Shown here: positions 41,829 to 51,488 of the stretch, in pieces
Layout of the letters: each line of letters starts with the position of its first letter
Position numbering within the stretch: the stretch's first letter is position 1
DNA from: Candidatus Nealsonbacteria bacterium
Lineage (GTDB): Bacteria; Patescibacteriota; Minisyncoccia; Minisyncoccales; GWA2-46-15
Assembly: GCA_016207115.1 (NCBI GenBank)
Contig: JACQQI010000026.1
Coordinates: 1 to 61,188 of the forward strand
Reading direction: 5' to 3'
DNA length: 61,188 bases
Made by a program: the position numbers and the translations under genes
Notes under the pieces: model-generated
Seen by the model: only the letters and a program-made list of their open reading frames with translations
What the model was told of the DNA's origin: nothing
Databases searched by the model: none

Positions 41829-42776
41829 CTACTTAACTCTTGAAATACGAATCAGGCCAGAACAAGGAATGATTTCGATTCCCTGTTTTTCCAATTCGTC
41901 CAGGAAAAGGTTGACTCCTAATGAATCGGAAGACATGTGGCCGGCGATGACGACGTTGAGGTTGGCCGCTTCCGCCTCTTTCTTGCCCTCTTCAGACATA
42001 TGCATGCCGGCGACGGTACCGATACCGGCAATGGCCATTTTTTCGTAGAGTTTGGGTGAGCCCTCGGTTCCGCCCGTAATCTCGGTCAGGGCGATCCGGC
42101 CGCAACGGTTATCAGGCTGACCGACAAAGATTTTCGGACCGGCACAGAGCTTCGTCGCTTCCTGGTATTCCTTAATCCCTCGCAAAAGTCTCATTAAATC
42201 GCTGATCCTCTCTGGATTATCTTTCTCGATCTTTTCTTTGAGGAAGCGGGCGGCCAGGTTGTCGGCCACCGTGTGTAGGCACATCAAATTGAAGCCCAAC
42301 AATTTGGCCGTGTCCACGACTTGCTGATGGTTGCCCGAGCTGACCCGCCGGGCGACTTCAGAAATTCTTTCCCGCATCAGGCCCTCGGCCACGTTGATGG
42401 GCACACCATACTGGCTGAGAACGTCGCACTGCAATTCCATGACTTCGTGCAGGCTGGCGAGGGCTTGGCCCAGAGGATGATGGGAAATGATCAAGTCGAT
42501 CTGGCCCAATTCTTTGGCCAATAAAATCTCGGCAGGATCAATGTCGATGCCGACCAAAACCCGCCGAATCTCTTTATTTTGGGCCACGTTCAAAATTCGG
42601 CTGTCGGAGTAGGGATTTTTTAGAGACGCGCTATCGAATTCCGCCTTCTCTTCCAGAGACAACTTATCAAACTTTTCCTGGCGCCAACTTAAAAGCTTGT
42701 CGATGTGGTCCGCTGGGCGGAAGTCCGCCTCTCGGCCCATCTTGATCGCTAGGTTGTAGAGGGCTTCGGTCTGCAT
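41829..42776 (-). CDS. NIF3/YbgI-family dinuclear metal-centre protein
   Basis: 315 aa. DLIISHHPL and IIAGHMSSD motifs. Confidence 0.7.
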   Translation of the reverse strand: MQTEALYNLAIKMGREADFRPADHIDKLLSWRQEKFDKLSLEEKAEFDSASLKNPYSDSRILNVAQNKEIRRVLVGIDIDPAEILLAKELGQIDLIISHHPLGQALASLHEVMELQCDVLSQYGVPINVAEGLMRERISEVARRVSSGNHQQVVDTAKLLGFNLMCLHTVADNLAARFLKEKIEKDNPERISDLMRLLRGIKEYQEATKLCAGPKIFVGQPDNRCGRIALTEITGGTEGSPKLYEKMAIAGIGTVAGMHMSEEGKKEAEAANLNVVIAGHMSSDSLGVNLFLDELEKQGIEIIPCSGLIRISRVK

Positions 42777-42940
42777 CAGCTTTTGTTTTCAGAAACCGGG
42801 TTTCTGAATTTCAAATATGGACGGTAGAGCTCTTGGATGAGCTCTTCTTGCTTCTTCAAATCCAAAACCCCGCGGCGGATCCGCGCCTTCTGCTGACGAA
42901 TAAATTTCCGGATTGATTTGGACAATCTCTTTTTTTTCAT
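42776..42940 (-). CDS. Possible 54-aa basic protein, translationally coupled to the NIF3 gene
   Basis: Hand translation: MKKKRLSKSIRKFIRQQKARIRRGVLDLKKQEELIQELYRPYLKFRNPVSENKS. Its stop overlaps the NIF3 ATG (TGATG). Confidence 0.4.
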   Translation of the reverse strand: MKKKRLSKSIRKFIRQQKARIRRGVLDLKKQEELIQELYRPYLKFRNPVSENKS

Positions 42941-42980
42941 TTTCACTTTTGGGCCCGAAGTTTAACATTCTTGGCTTTAA

Positions 42981-44429
42981 TTACTCTCCTTTAATAACCG
43001 CCAGGGGTTTCAACCTCGCCACCCTTCTCGCCAGATTGGCTTGCTGAACAACTTCTACGATACTTTCAATATCTTTATAGGCTATTGGCGCTTCTTCGGC
43101 AATACCCTGAACGCTTTCACAGCGAACGATGATCCCTTGCTGCTGAAGCTGTCTGACCACGGCTGGTCCGCTGACCGTTCGCAGCGCTTGGTGACGCGAC
43201 ATGGCGCGACCGGCGCCGTGGGCCGCGCTGAAAAAGGATGCTTCTCCTCCAGGGGTGCCGACTAAAACATAGGAGGCCGTTCCCATCGAACCCGGGATCA
43301 GAACGGGCTGGCCCAGCGGACGATACTTTTCCGGAATCTCAGGGCTCCCGGGCGGGAAAGCCCGGGTCGCCCCCTTGCGATGAACCGCCACCTCAACCTC
43401 CCGTCCTTCAATTGGATATTTCTCTTTTTTGATGATGTTGTGCGCCACATCGTAGAGGAGATCGAGCCGACCGCCTTTTTCTCCTAAGACATTCTGCCAG
43501 GCCTGCCGGACGAAAAAAGTGATCATCTGACGATTAGCCCAGGCGAAATTGGCGGCGGCGGCCATGGCGCTGAAATATCTCTGACCTTCGGGAGAAGCAA
43601 AGGGGACGCCGGCGAACTCCCGATCCGAGACCTGAATTTTATACTTCCCTTCCATTAAAGGAATGAACTCTTTCAGGTAATCGGTGCAGACCTGGTGTCC
43701 CAAACCGCGGGAACCGCAATGGACCATGAGCACGACCTGGTCCTTGAATAGGCCGAAACCCTGAGCGATGGTTTCGTCAAAGATCTCGGCGACCTTCTGG
43801 ACTTCGAGGAAATGATTACCCGACCCCAGGGTGCCCACTTGATCGCGGCCACGGTCTCGGGCGCGACGAGAAACCATCCGGCTGTCAGCCCAAGGCAGCC
43901 GGCCACTGGCTTCACAGCTTTCTTCGTCTTCTGGGTTGGCGTAACCCTTCGAAACGAGAGACTTGACTCCTTCTTCTAAAATCCCGTCGATCTCCTTGTT
44001 AGAAAGTTTGATTTGTCGGCCCTGGCCCAAACCAGAAGGCACTCTTTTCTGGATCTCAACGGCTAATTTATCAAGGTAGGGACGGAGACTGTTTTCGTTC
44101 TGGGCCGACCTGAGTAGCCGGACGCCGCAGTTGATGTCGTAGCCACACATGCCGGGCGAGACGATCCCTTCCGCTGTTTCGATGGCGGCCACGCCGCCGA
44201 TGGGAGAAGCATAGCCTTCGTGCATGTCCGGCATGACCAAGGCATATTTCTGGATTCCGGGCAGGGTCGCCACGTTCATCGCCTGAAACAAAGAGTTGTC
44301 CTTGAATGCTTCGGCGAGCATTTCCTCGGAAACATAAACCCGCACCGGCACCCTCATATCGGCCCGAAAATCCTGGGGCAACTCCCAAAGCCAATCATTA
44401 ATCTTATGAAAGTCTTTTTGACTCACCAT
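42981..44429 (-). CDS. rtcB: RNA-splicing ligase RtcB
   Basis: 482 aa. GYDINCGVR, GSGNHFLE, HCGSRGLGH and AHGAGR motifs. Confidence 0.9.
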   Translation of the reverse strand: MVSQKDFHKINDWLWELPQDFRADMRVPVRVYVSEEMLAEAFKDNSLFQAMNVATLPGIQKYALVMPDMHEGYASPIGGVAAIETAEGIVSPGMCGYDINCGVRLLRSAQNENSLRPYLDKLAVEIQKRVPSGLGQGRQIKLSNKEIDGILEEGVKSLVSKGYANPEDEESCEASGRLPWADSRMVSRRARDRGRDQVGTLGSGNHFLEVQKVAEIFDETIAQGFGLFKDQVVLMVHCGSRGLGHQVCTDYLKEFIPLMEGKYKIQVSDREFAGVPFASPEGQRYFSAMAAAANFAWANRQMITFFVRQAWQNVLGEKGGRLDLLYDVAHNIIKKEKYPIEGREVEVAVHRKGATRAFPPGSPEIPEKYRPLGQPVLIPGSMGTASYVLVGTPGGEASFFSAAHGAGRAMSRHQALRTVSGPAVVRQLQQQGIIVRCESVQGIAEEAPIAYKDIESIVEVVQQANLARRVARLKPLAVIKGE

Positions 44430-45768
44430 GATTATTTCTTAACTTCTCATATTCTTCCCGCACTACCTTCCGATCGTCCCAAAGAATTCTTTGCCCCCCG
44501 GCCAGACACATTGACGGCTCACAGCCCTTGCCAGTAATAATCATCACGTCGCCCGGCTGGGTCAAGCTCAATCCTTTATTTATCGCTGAGCGCCGATCGA
44601 TCACCTTATAGCAGGCAGGCTTGCCTGATATATCGTCCCCGCTATAGACCGTCGGTTGACGTTGGCCCAATTCGACACCCGCCGCGATTTGATCAATAAT
44701 TGCCTGCGGGTCTTCGTCGTAGGGATCTTCATTGGTCAAAATTATCTCCTGACAGTGCTGCCCCGCAATCCTTCCCAACACCGGTCTTTTCCATTTGTCC
44801 CGACCACCGCCGCAAGAACCCAAAATGCAGACTAGTTTTTGAGCAGACGACTGACGATGGGTGCTCGCAACGCGATAAACTTTTTCTAAGGCGTTGGGGG
44901 TGAAGGCATAATCAACAAAAGCCGTAAAAGGACTGGTGATCACTTTTTCCAGTCGTCCGGGCAATCCCTCAACTTTATCCAAGGCCCTCTGGCAAACGTC
45001 TAGACCAATCCCTTGGGATCGAGCCAGGCTGACCGCGGCCAGGGCGTTGTAGATATTAAACTCGCCCAATAATTTCAATCTGAATTCCTGACCATCGATG
45101 ATAAATCTTGATCCATCGACTAAAATTTCGACGCGGCCCGCTCTGACGGTTCGAAGTCCGGGGTTTGAAGAAATCTTCAAGCCGTATCCCCACTTCTCTT
45201 TAGCCGGGAACTGCAAAAAGAATTCACTGTTCTCGTCGTCTAAATTAACAATGTGAATTTTTGAGGTGGCTTTGAATAATTCTCCTTTGGCCCGACGGTA
45301 ATTCTCGAACCCGCCGTGGCTTTCAATGTGTTCTGGACTCAGATTGGTAAAGACGACCGCGTCAAAAGTGATGAAGCGATGACGATGCTGCTTGATGCCC
45401 TCAGAGGTGACTTCCAAAACCAGGTAACGACAGCCGGCCCGAATGGCTCGACTCAAGAAACGCTGAACGAAAAAACGACCGGGCATGGTCATGCGTTTGT
45501 CGTTAATCTCTACCTGGTCGCCGATCTGAAAACGGATCGAAGACAGGGAAGCGGTGGGATACCCGGCTTCAATCAGGATGCGCGAGATCATCTCCACCAC
45601 GCTTGATTTGCCGTTGGTGCCGGTGACGCCGATAACTTTTATCTTCTGGCCCGGGAATCGATAGAATAAAGCCGCGATAAAAGCCAGGGTAAAATGGTAC
45701 CCGCTGATCAAAAAGGATGGCAGAAACCTCTTGGCAATGGATTTTATCTGATACAATAACCCCTTCAT
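44404..45768 (-). CDS. murE: Mur ligase, UDP-MurNAc-tripeptide synthetase (MurE-type)
   Basis: 454 aa. GVTGTNGKSS P-loop and ITGKGCE near the C-terminus. Contains repeat copy I in frame. Confidence 0.8.
   Translation of the reverse strand: MKGLLYQIKSIAKRFLPSFLISGYHFTLAFIAALFYRFPGQKIKVIGVTGTNGKSSVVEMISRILIEAGYPTASLSSIRFQIGDQVEINDKRMTMPGRFFVQRFLSRAIRAGCRYLVLEVTSEGIKQHRHRFITFDAVVFTNLSPEHIESHGGFENYRRAKGELFKATSKIHIVNLDDENSEFFLQFPAKEKWGYGLKISSNPGLRTVRAGRVEILVDGSRFIIDGQEFRLKLLGEFNIYNALAAVSLARSQGIGLDVCQRALDKVEGLPGRLEKVITSPFTAFVDYAFTPNALEKVYRVASTHRQSSAQKLVCILGSCGGGRDKWKRPVLGRIAGQHCQEIILTNEDPYDEDPQAIIDQIAAGVELGQRQPTVYSGDDISGKPACYKVIDRRSAINKGLSLTQPGDVMIITGKGCEPSMCLAGGQRILWDDRKVVREEYEKLRNNHGESKRLS
44607..44647 (+). 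repeat. Family-1 repeat, copy I, inside the murE coding sequence
   Basis: TATAGCAGGCAGGcttGCCTGATATATCGtcccCGCTATAG. In murE it is translated as VYSGDDISGKPACYK. Confidence 0.7.
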
Positions 45769-45770
45769 GC

Positions 45771-45808
45771 TATAACGGCAGGGTGCCCGATATATCGCTT
45801 TGCGCTAT
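45771..45808 (+). repeat. Family-1 repeat, copy G in the murE/uvrB divergent intergenic region
   Basis: TATAACGGCAgggTGCCCGATATATCGctttgCGCTAT. Confidence 0.8.
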
Positions 45809-45820
45809 TATGATTGTAGC

Positions 45821-47764
45821 ATGAAACTTAAACTCATTTCTCCTTTTAAGCCGGCGGGCGACCAGCCGCAGGCCATCGGAAAACTGACGGCGAACCTTGA
45901 AGCCGGCGTTAAGCACCAGGTCTTTTTGGGCGTCACGGGATCGGGCAAAACCCTGACCATAGCCAACGTCATCGAAAAACTCCAAAGACCAGCCCTGATC
46001 ATCTCTCCCAATAAGACTCTCGCCGCTCAGCTCTATCAAGAATTCAGAGAGTTTTTTCCCCACGATCCGGTCCATTATTTTGTCTCTTACTACGACTACT
46101 ACCAACCCGAAGCCTACATCCCCCAGACCGATACCTATATCGAAAAGGATGCCAGCGTCAATCAAGAAATCGATCGATTGCGCCACCAGGCCGTTCAGGA
46201 ACTGCTCTCGTTCCAGGGAGCGATCGTCGTCGCTTCCGTCTCCTGCATTTATAACCTGGGGGCGCCGGAAACCTACCAGAAGATTCGGTTGGAGATCCGA
46301 GCCGGACAGAAAGTGAGCCGAAGAGAACTCCTGGAGCAACTCGTCTTCTTGCAATACCAGAGAAACGACGTCGATCTCCAGCCTGGCTCTTTTCGCGTTC
46401 GCGGGGAAACCGTGGAGATAGCCGTCGTCACCGGACGGGAGATCATCCGGGTCGAATTCGAGAAGAAGGCAATTAGCGGCCTCTCCGTGGCGCCTCTCGG
46501 CCTGGTCACGAGTTACAAACCTCTGAGTAATTATCTCCTCTATCCGGCCAAATTTTGGATCGCTCCCGAGGATAAATTAAGATTAGCCATGGAGAATATC
46601 CGAATTGAGCTGAGGGAAAGAGCGGCTTTCTTTAAAAAAGAAAAGAAGTTTCTGGAAGCCGAAAGGCTGGAACAAAGGACCAATTTTGATTTACAGATGA
46701 TGTCCGAGACGGGTTATTGTCGCGGGATTGAAAACTACTCCCGGCACCTGGAGTTCCGTCCGCCTAACCAAGCTCCTTTCACTCTGCTGGATTATTTCCG
46801 CCTGGCCAATCCTAACTTTTTAGTCTTTCTGGACGAATCCCATCTGACCTGCTCTCAAATCAAAGCCATGTCGACTCAGGACCGGGCCCGCAAAAAAATC
46901 CTCATCGACTATGGCTTTCGCCTGCCCTCGGCCTTTGATAACCGACCTCTGACCTATGCCGAGTTTGAACAAAAGTCGCCCCAAATTACCTACGTCTCGG
47001 CCACGCCGGAAGAATTCGAAAAACAGCGCTCCCGCGGCTGCCTCGTTGAACAATTGATCCGGCCGACCGGACTCTTGGAACCGGGGATCGAGATCCGCTC
47101 TACTCAGAACCAGGTGAATGATTTGGTCGACGAGATTCGAATGCGGACCCAGAAACAAGAACGAGTCTTGGTCATCACTCTCACTAAAAGACTGGCCGAA
47201 GACCTGAACGACTTCCTCCGGGAAAAAGGCATTTTGAGCCATTGGCTGCATTCAGAAACAAAAACGCTCGAGAGGCCACGGCTTCTCGGCGAACTAAGAA
47301 AAGGCAAGGTTAATGTCTTGGTCGGGATCAACCTTTTAAGAGAGGGGCTGGATCTGCCCGAAGTCAGCCTGGTGGCCATTCTCGACGCCGACAAAGAAGG
47401 TTTCCTGAGGTCGGAAACGACCCTGATTCAGACCATGGGCCGGGCCAGCCGTCACCTGGAAGGACGGGTCATCCTCTACGCCGATCGGCTAACCGGTTCC
47501 ATGGATCGGGCCATAAAAGAGATTGCCCGACGCAGGCAGACTCAGCTGGATTACAATGAAAAACACGGAATTTCGCCCCGGACCATCAGCAAACCCATCC
47601 GTGACTGGTCCTTCGGACAAGAGGAAAAATCGATCGAAGCGGAACTGATGGTCGTCCACGACCTGAAACTCCTGGAAAGAGAGATGCGCCAGGCGGCCGA
47701 AGCCTGGGATTTTGAAAGGGCCGCGCAAATCCGTGACTTGATCAAGAAACTCAAGGGTAATTGA
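45821..47764 (+). CDS. uvrB: Excinuclease ABC subunit B
   Basis: GVTGSGKT, YYDYYQPEAY beta-hairpin region, helicase motifs and a C-terminal UVR domain FERAAQIRD. Start at ATG 45821 (MKLKLISPFKPAGDQ), with TATGAT 6 nt upstream. Confidence 0.95.
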   Translation: MKLKLISPFKPAGDQPQAIGKLTANLEAGVKHQVFLGVTGSGKTLTIANVIEKLQRPALIISPNKTLAAQLYQEFREFFPHDPVHYFVSYYDYYQPEAYIPQTDTYIEKDASVNQEIDRLRHQAVQELLSFQGAIVVASVSCIYNLGAPETYQKIRLEIRAGQKVSRRELLEQLVFLQYQRNDVDLQPGSFRVRGETVEIAVVTGREIIRVEFEKKAISGLSVAPLGLVTSYKPLSNYLLYPAKFWIAPEDKLRLAMENIRIELRERAAFFKKEKKFLEAERLEQRTNFDLQMMSETGYCRGIENYSRHLEFRPPNQAPFTLLDYFRLANPNFLVFLDESHLTCSQIKAMSTQDRARKKILIDYGFRLPSAFDNRPLTYAEFEQKSPQITYVSATPEEFEKQRSRGCLVEQLIRPTGLLEPGIEIRSTQNQVNDLVDEIRMRTQKQERVLVITLTKRLAEDLNDFLREKGILSHWLHSETKTLERPRLLGELRKGKVNVLVGINLLREGLDLPEVSLVAILDADKEGFLRSETTLIQTMGRASRHLEGRVILYADRLTGSMDRAIKEIARRRQTQLDYNEKHGISPRTISKPIRDWSFGQEEKSIEAELMVVHDLKLLEREMRQAAEAWDFERAAQIRDLIKKLKGN

Positions 47765-47810
47765 TTTTTTCTCTCTTTGTGCTAATATCTACTTATCGCA
47801 TCAGACTATC

Positions 47811-48095
47811 ATGCCCATAACCGAATCAGCCAAAAAGGCTCTCCGACAGAGCCGGAAAAGAAGGAAACAAAATCAGCGAGTTAAGGAAGACATCAAAAAG
47901 CTCGAGAAAACCATCGAGTCGCTTTTGGCCCAGAAGAAAACCAGCGAAGCCAAAAACCTCCTGCCCCAGATCGCCCGAGCCTTGGATAAAGCCGCGAAGA
48001 TCGGTGTGATTAAAAAGAATAAAGCCTCCCGGAAGAAATCACGGATCGGTCGTCGGCTAAATCGTCCAGCCGCCGCTCCGGAGAACAAGAAGTGA
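47811..48095 (+). CDS. rpsT: 30S ribosomal protein S20
   Basis: 94 aa, basic and helical. ESAKKALRQSRKRRKQNQ. Confidence 0.8.
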   Translation: MPITESAKKALRQSRKRRKQNQRVKEDIKKLEKTIESLLAQKKTSEAKNLLPQIARALDKAAKIGVIKKNKASRKKSRIGRRLNRPAAAPENKK

Positions 48096-48102
48096 GACCG
48101 AG

Positions 48103-49038
48103 TTAAATTCCGGAGATTAACAACTCCAAGCCCTGACGGGGAGAAACTTTCCCCGTTTTTATTTTGAAATCGGTATCGAGAATTTGAGAATAGATTTCTT
48201 TGAGTCTTGAGAAAGTAAATTTCTGCGAAAGAGCGGAACACTGGCGAGCGACGAAGGGATTGAGTCGGGCCAATTTGGCAATGGCCTCCGGAGAGTTCTT
48301 TTTCTCGAGAAGGCCTTTGACCAAGAGGAGATTACGGAACTGGTAATTGATCATGGCCAAAAGATAGACTGGCGAATCCCCTTCGGCCAGGTGTCGGCCG
48401 ATCAGCCCCAGGGCCTTCTTTCGGTCGCCGCGGGCCGCTTCTTCGATCGTCTTGAAAATATTGACCTCTATCTTGGGTCGAGCTAGGGAGTTGATGTCCG
48501 AAACCTCAATCTTTTGTCTGTCCTTGAGGCTAGCCAGCTTCCCGATCTCATTGCTCAGAAGCCAGAGATCATTGCCGAGGAGAGCCGCCAATCGGTCGAG
48601 GGCCAAACTATCGATCTCCGCTCCTTGCTCCTTGACCGCCTGCCTGATCCAGGATTTCAGGGCCGGCAAGTCCAGGGGCTCAAACTCCTGGGTTTGAGCC
48701 GTCTTTTTTAAGAAGACGAAAAGAGGATTCTTGGAATCACCATCCCCTCCTTCAAAAAAGATTAAAATGTCGGTCGAATCCCTTTTTTTCTGGAGGTGAG
48801 TGAGAAACGATTGGCTCAAACCACGGTCGGTCAAGACGTTCTCCATGACGAAAAGCCTCTTCTCGCCGAAGAGAGAGCGAGCTTCGGACTGGTCACGAAA
48901 ATTATCGAAAGAATCCTCGGCTGAGTCGTAATGAAAAAAATTAAGTCCGTGCTGGCGGACTTTTTGATACTGCTCAATAATTTCTTTCAATTTCTTTCGC
49001 GACCGAAAGTTGTCCCGTCCGTAGAGAAAAAAGATCAT
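48103..49038 (-). CDS. holA: DNA polymerase III delta subunit
   Basis: 311 aa. Size and pattern (FLYGRDNF..., LSNEIGKL) are consistent with HolA. The call rests on weak motifs. Confidence 0.55.
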   Translation of the reverse strand: MIFFLYGRDNFRSRKKLKEIIEQYQKVRQHGLNFFHYDSAEDSFDNFRDQSEARSLFGEKRLFVMENVLTDRGLSQSFLTHLQKKRDSTDILIFFEGGDGDSKNPLFVFLKKTAQTQEFEPLDLPALKSWIRQAVKEQGAEIDSLALDRLAALLGNDLWLLSNEIGKLASLKDRQKIEVSDINSLARPKIEVNIFKTIEEAARGDRKKALGLIGRHLAEGDSPVYLLAMINYQFRNLLLVKGLLEKKNSPEAIAKLARLNPFVARQCSALSQKFTFSRLKEIYSQILDTDFKIKTGKVSPRQGLELLISGI

Positions 49039-49061
49039 TTTACCTTTTTGAAATAAAAAGG

Positions 49062-49439
49062 CTAAGTCTTGCTTAGAAGAATAGCCGATATCTTTTCGAC
49101 GATTTCTCCGGGAGTAAAATGGGCCTTGATTAAATAATCGACGGCGCCGAGCTTCAGACCCCTTTCGATGTCTTCTTTCTGCCCCAAATTAGAAAGGACG
49201 ATGACCGGGGTGGCGGCGATCTCGATATCCTGTTTTATTCGCGTCAAGACCTCAAAGCCGTCAATCCCGGGCAGGATTAGATCGAGCAAAACCAGGTCGG
49301 GCTTCTCTGATTTGACGCTCCGAATCCCTTCTTCCCCGTCGGTGGCTCCAGAAATCTGATATCCTTCGCCGGTCAGCTTCTTGGACATCAGTTCCCTTAA
49401 GAACCGGTCGTCCTCGATGATGAGAATTTTTTTAGCCAT
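49062..49439 (-). CDS. Single-domain response regulator (receiver only)
   Basis: 125 aa. IEDD, DLVLLDLILPGIDG and a conserved K (LIKAHF). Confidence 0.85.
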   Translation of the reverse strand: MAKKILIIEDDRFLRELMSKKLTGEGYQISGATDGEEGIRSVKSEKPDLVLLDLILPGIDGFEVLTRIKQDIEIAATPVIVLSNLGQKEDIERGLKLGAVDYLIKAHFTPGEIVEKISAILLSKT

Positions 49440-49478
49440 GGTAATTTGACAAATTTATTTCCTCGAAATCGAATTTGC

Positions 49479-49847
49479 CTATTCGCCCAACTGAACTTTT
49501 ATCTTTTCCACTAATTTTCGTGGGTCGAACTCCGTCTTGACCAACCAATCTCGCGCCCCCAGCTGTCTCGCCCGGCTGAGCTCGACGGGCTGCCCAGAAT
49601 TGGAGACAATGATGATGGGTATCTTGGACAAAGACTCGTCTTTTTGGATCTCGGCCATGACCGAAAAGCCGTCTCGCTTGGGCATGACGACGTCGAGTAA
49701 AATTAAATCGGGCCGGCTTTCTTTGATCTTTTGTAATCCTTCTTCTCCATCTCTGGCCACGACCACTCCATAACCCGCACTCACCAGCTTGCGCTGGAGC
49801 AGATCGAGCATAATCTCTTCATCTTCGATGATGATGATTTTCTTCAT
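49479..49847 (-). CDS. Single-domain response regulator (receiver only)
   Basis: 122 aa. IEDE, DLILLDVVMPKRDG and LVKTEF. Confidence 0.85.
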   Translation of the reverse strand: MKKIIIIEDEEIMLDLLQRKLVSAGYGVVVARDGEEGLQKIKESRPDLILLDVVMPKRDGFSVMAEIQKDESLSKIPIIIVSNSGQPVELSRARQLGARDWLVKTEFDPRKLVEKIKVQLGE

Positions 49848-49856
49848 ACTTCTTGG

Positions 49857-49898
49857 CTATAACGAGTACGATATATCGGGCGGTTTACCGCCCGCTAT
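49857..49898 (-). repeat. Family-1 repeat, copy C
   Basis: CTATAACGagtaCGATATATCGGGCGGtttaCCGCCCGCTAT. It ends 9 nt upstream of the response-regulator ATG. Confidence 0.85.
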
Positions 49899-49956
49899 CA
49901 ACTGCCTTAATTGTAGCAAAAAGGCTTGTCAAAAGGAAGCCATTGAATCTTACTCT

Positions 49957-51474
49957 TTAAGATTGGGCGGGTAGGACAAAATAGAAGGTCGTCCCCTGGC
50001 CGACTTTCGAAGCAAAGCCGATTTCTCCGCCGTGGCCCTCAATAATATTCTTGGCCATGTAGAGACCGAGTCCGCTGCCGGCCGGCTCAATTAGGACCGC
50101 TTCGGTCGTACGGAAGAATTTAGAGAAGACTCTCTTCTGTTCTTTTTCGGCGATGCCAATCCCCGAATCCTTAACCTCTAGTCGCACACCCTGATTGGCT
50201 ACCTTTAGTGACAGGGAAACACGGCCACCCTTGGCGGTATATTTTAGGGCGTTGTCCAGCAAATTTTGGATAACCAGTTTTAGTTTTTCTGCGTCGGCGG
50301 AAACCTGGATGGCTTTCTGATCCGGCTTTTTGAAGCTGAAATTGACTCCTTTGTTCTTGAAAGATTCTTCGCTCGGGTCGATCACCGACTGACAAAGATT
50401 AACAATGTCGACCGGGGCCAGGCTCAGGGCGTACTTGCCCTCTTCGATCCGGGCCAGGTTTAATAGATCATTGATCAGCGCAATCATTCTCTCGTTGGAC
50501 TGATAGGTTTTTTGCAAAATGTCTTTCTGGTTTTTATTGATAGGGCCAAGGTCCCCGTCCAGAAGCATCATCAGACTCCACTTGATGGCCGAAAGCGGTG
50601 TTCTCAATTGATGAGCCGATAGGGAAACGAATTCCGTCTTAAGTCTTTCCACCATTTTCTCTCGGCTGACGTCGTGAAGGACGACCAGGTCACCGAGATC
50701 GGCTTCGTCGCGCCTCATCGAAATGACCGAGACCTCGAAGATAGAATCCTCGGCTAACATAAATTCTTTCCGCGAAATCTCTTTTATCTCTTCTCCCAGG
50801 AATTCGATCAGGGAATGAAGGTTGGGCAGACGGTGGAGTTTTTCAATCGATTCTCCGGTCACTTCTTCTTTGTCGATCTTGAAAAAGTTCTCGGCCTGAG
50901 GATTAATTATGGCCAAGCGATGATCTCGATCAAAAAAGAAAAGGGCGTCGGTAAAGTTGGTGATGATCGCTTGAGTCTTGTTCTTTTCTTCCTCGGCTTT
51001 CCGTCGCGCCTCTTCGGTGTCTTCCAGGATGTTGAGCAGGGCCGCCTGGACTCTTTTTAGCTCGGCTTCGGTTTTCTTAATCCCGCTCAAATCAAGCAGG
51101 CTCAGAAAATAGCCGACGACCTCGCCTTTTTCGTCCTTGCGGGTGCGGGTAAAAACCTGAGTCGTGATCTCCTGGCCAGTCTTGGGGAAAAATCGCAACT
51201 CCTTACCGTCGACAAACCCCTCCCCCAGCGTTTCCTTGACGAGGGGACCGATCTCTTCTTTTTTGAAAACCCGCTCCAGCGATTCGCCCACGATTTCTTC
51301 CATTTTGAATCCGGAAACTTTTTCCATGGCCGGATTCACTTCCAAAACCACTCCCACGGGGCTGACGAAACAAATGGGCAAAGGCGAGAAGCTAAAGAGA
51401 TCGTGGATATATTCCTCGAGGGCCGTGAGGTCGTCGAGCAGTAAAGAAAGTTGACCTTCTTCTTTTGTTCCCAT
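49957..51474 (-). CDS. PAS-domain sensor histidine kinase
   Basis: H-box FVSLSAHQLRTPLSAI, N box LDNALKYT, G boxes DSGIGI and GSGLGL, with two PAS-like segments upstream. Start set at MGTKEEGQ (ATG 51474). Confidence 0.85.
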   Translation of the reverse strand: MGTKEEGQLSLLLDDLTALEEYIHDLFSFSPLPICFVSPVGVVLEVNPAMEKVSGFKMEEIVGESLERVFKKEEIGPLVKETLGEGFVDGKELRFFPKTGQEITTQVFTRTRKDEKGEVVGYFLSLLDLSGIKKTEAELKRVQAALLNILEDTEEARRKAEEEKNKTQAIITNFTDALFFFDRDHRLAIINPQAENFFKIDKEEVTGESIEKLHRLPNLHSLIEFLGEEIKEISRKEFMLAEDSIFEVSVISMRRDEADLGDLVVLHDVSREKMVERLKTEFVSLSAHQLRTPLSAIKWSLMMLLDGDLGPINKNQKDILQKTYQSNERMIALINDLLNLARIEEGKYALSLAPVDIVNLCQSVIDPSEESFKNKGVNFSFKKPDQKAIQVSADAEKLKLVIQNLLDNALKYTAKGGRVSLSLKVANQGVRLEVKDSGIGIAEKEQKRVFSKFFRTTEAVLIEPAGSGLGLYMAKNIIEGHGGEIGFASKVGQGTTFYFVLPAQS

Positions 51475-51488
51475 TCGTATTATGAGGA

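Noticed and set aside
45770-46354. 194-aa minus-strand ORF.
   Set aside because: It is antisense to the 5' part of uvrB. Its C-terminal residues (SDISGTLPL) are just a translation of repeat copy G.
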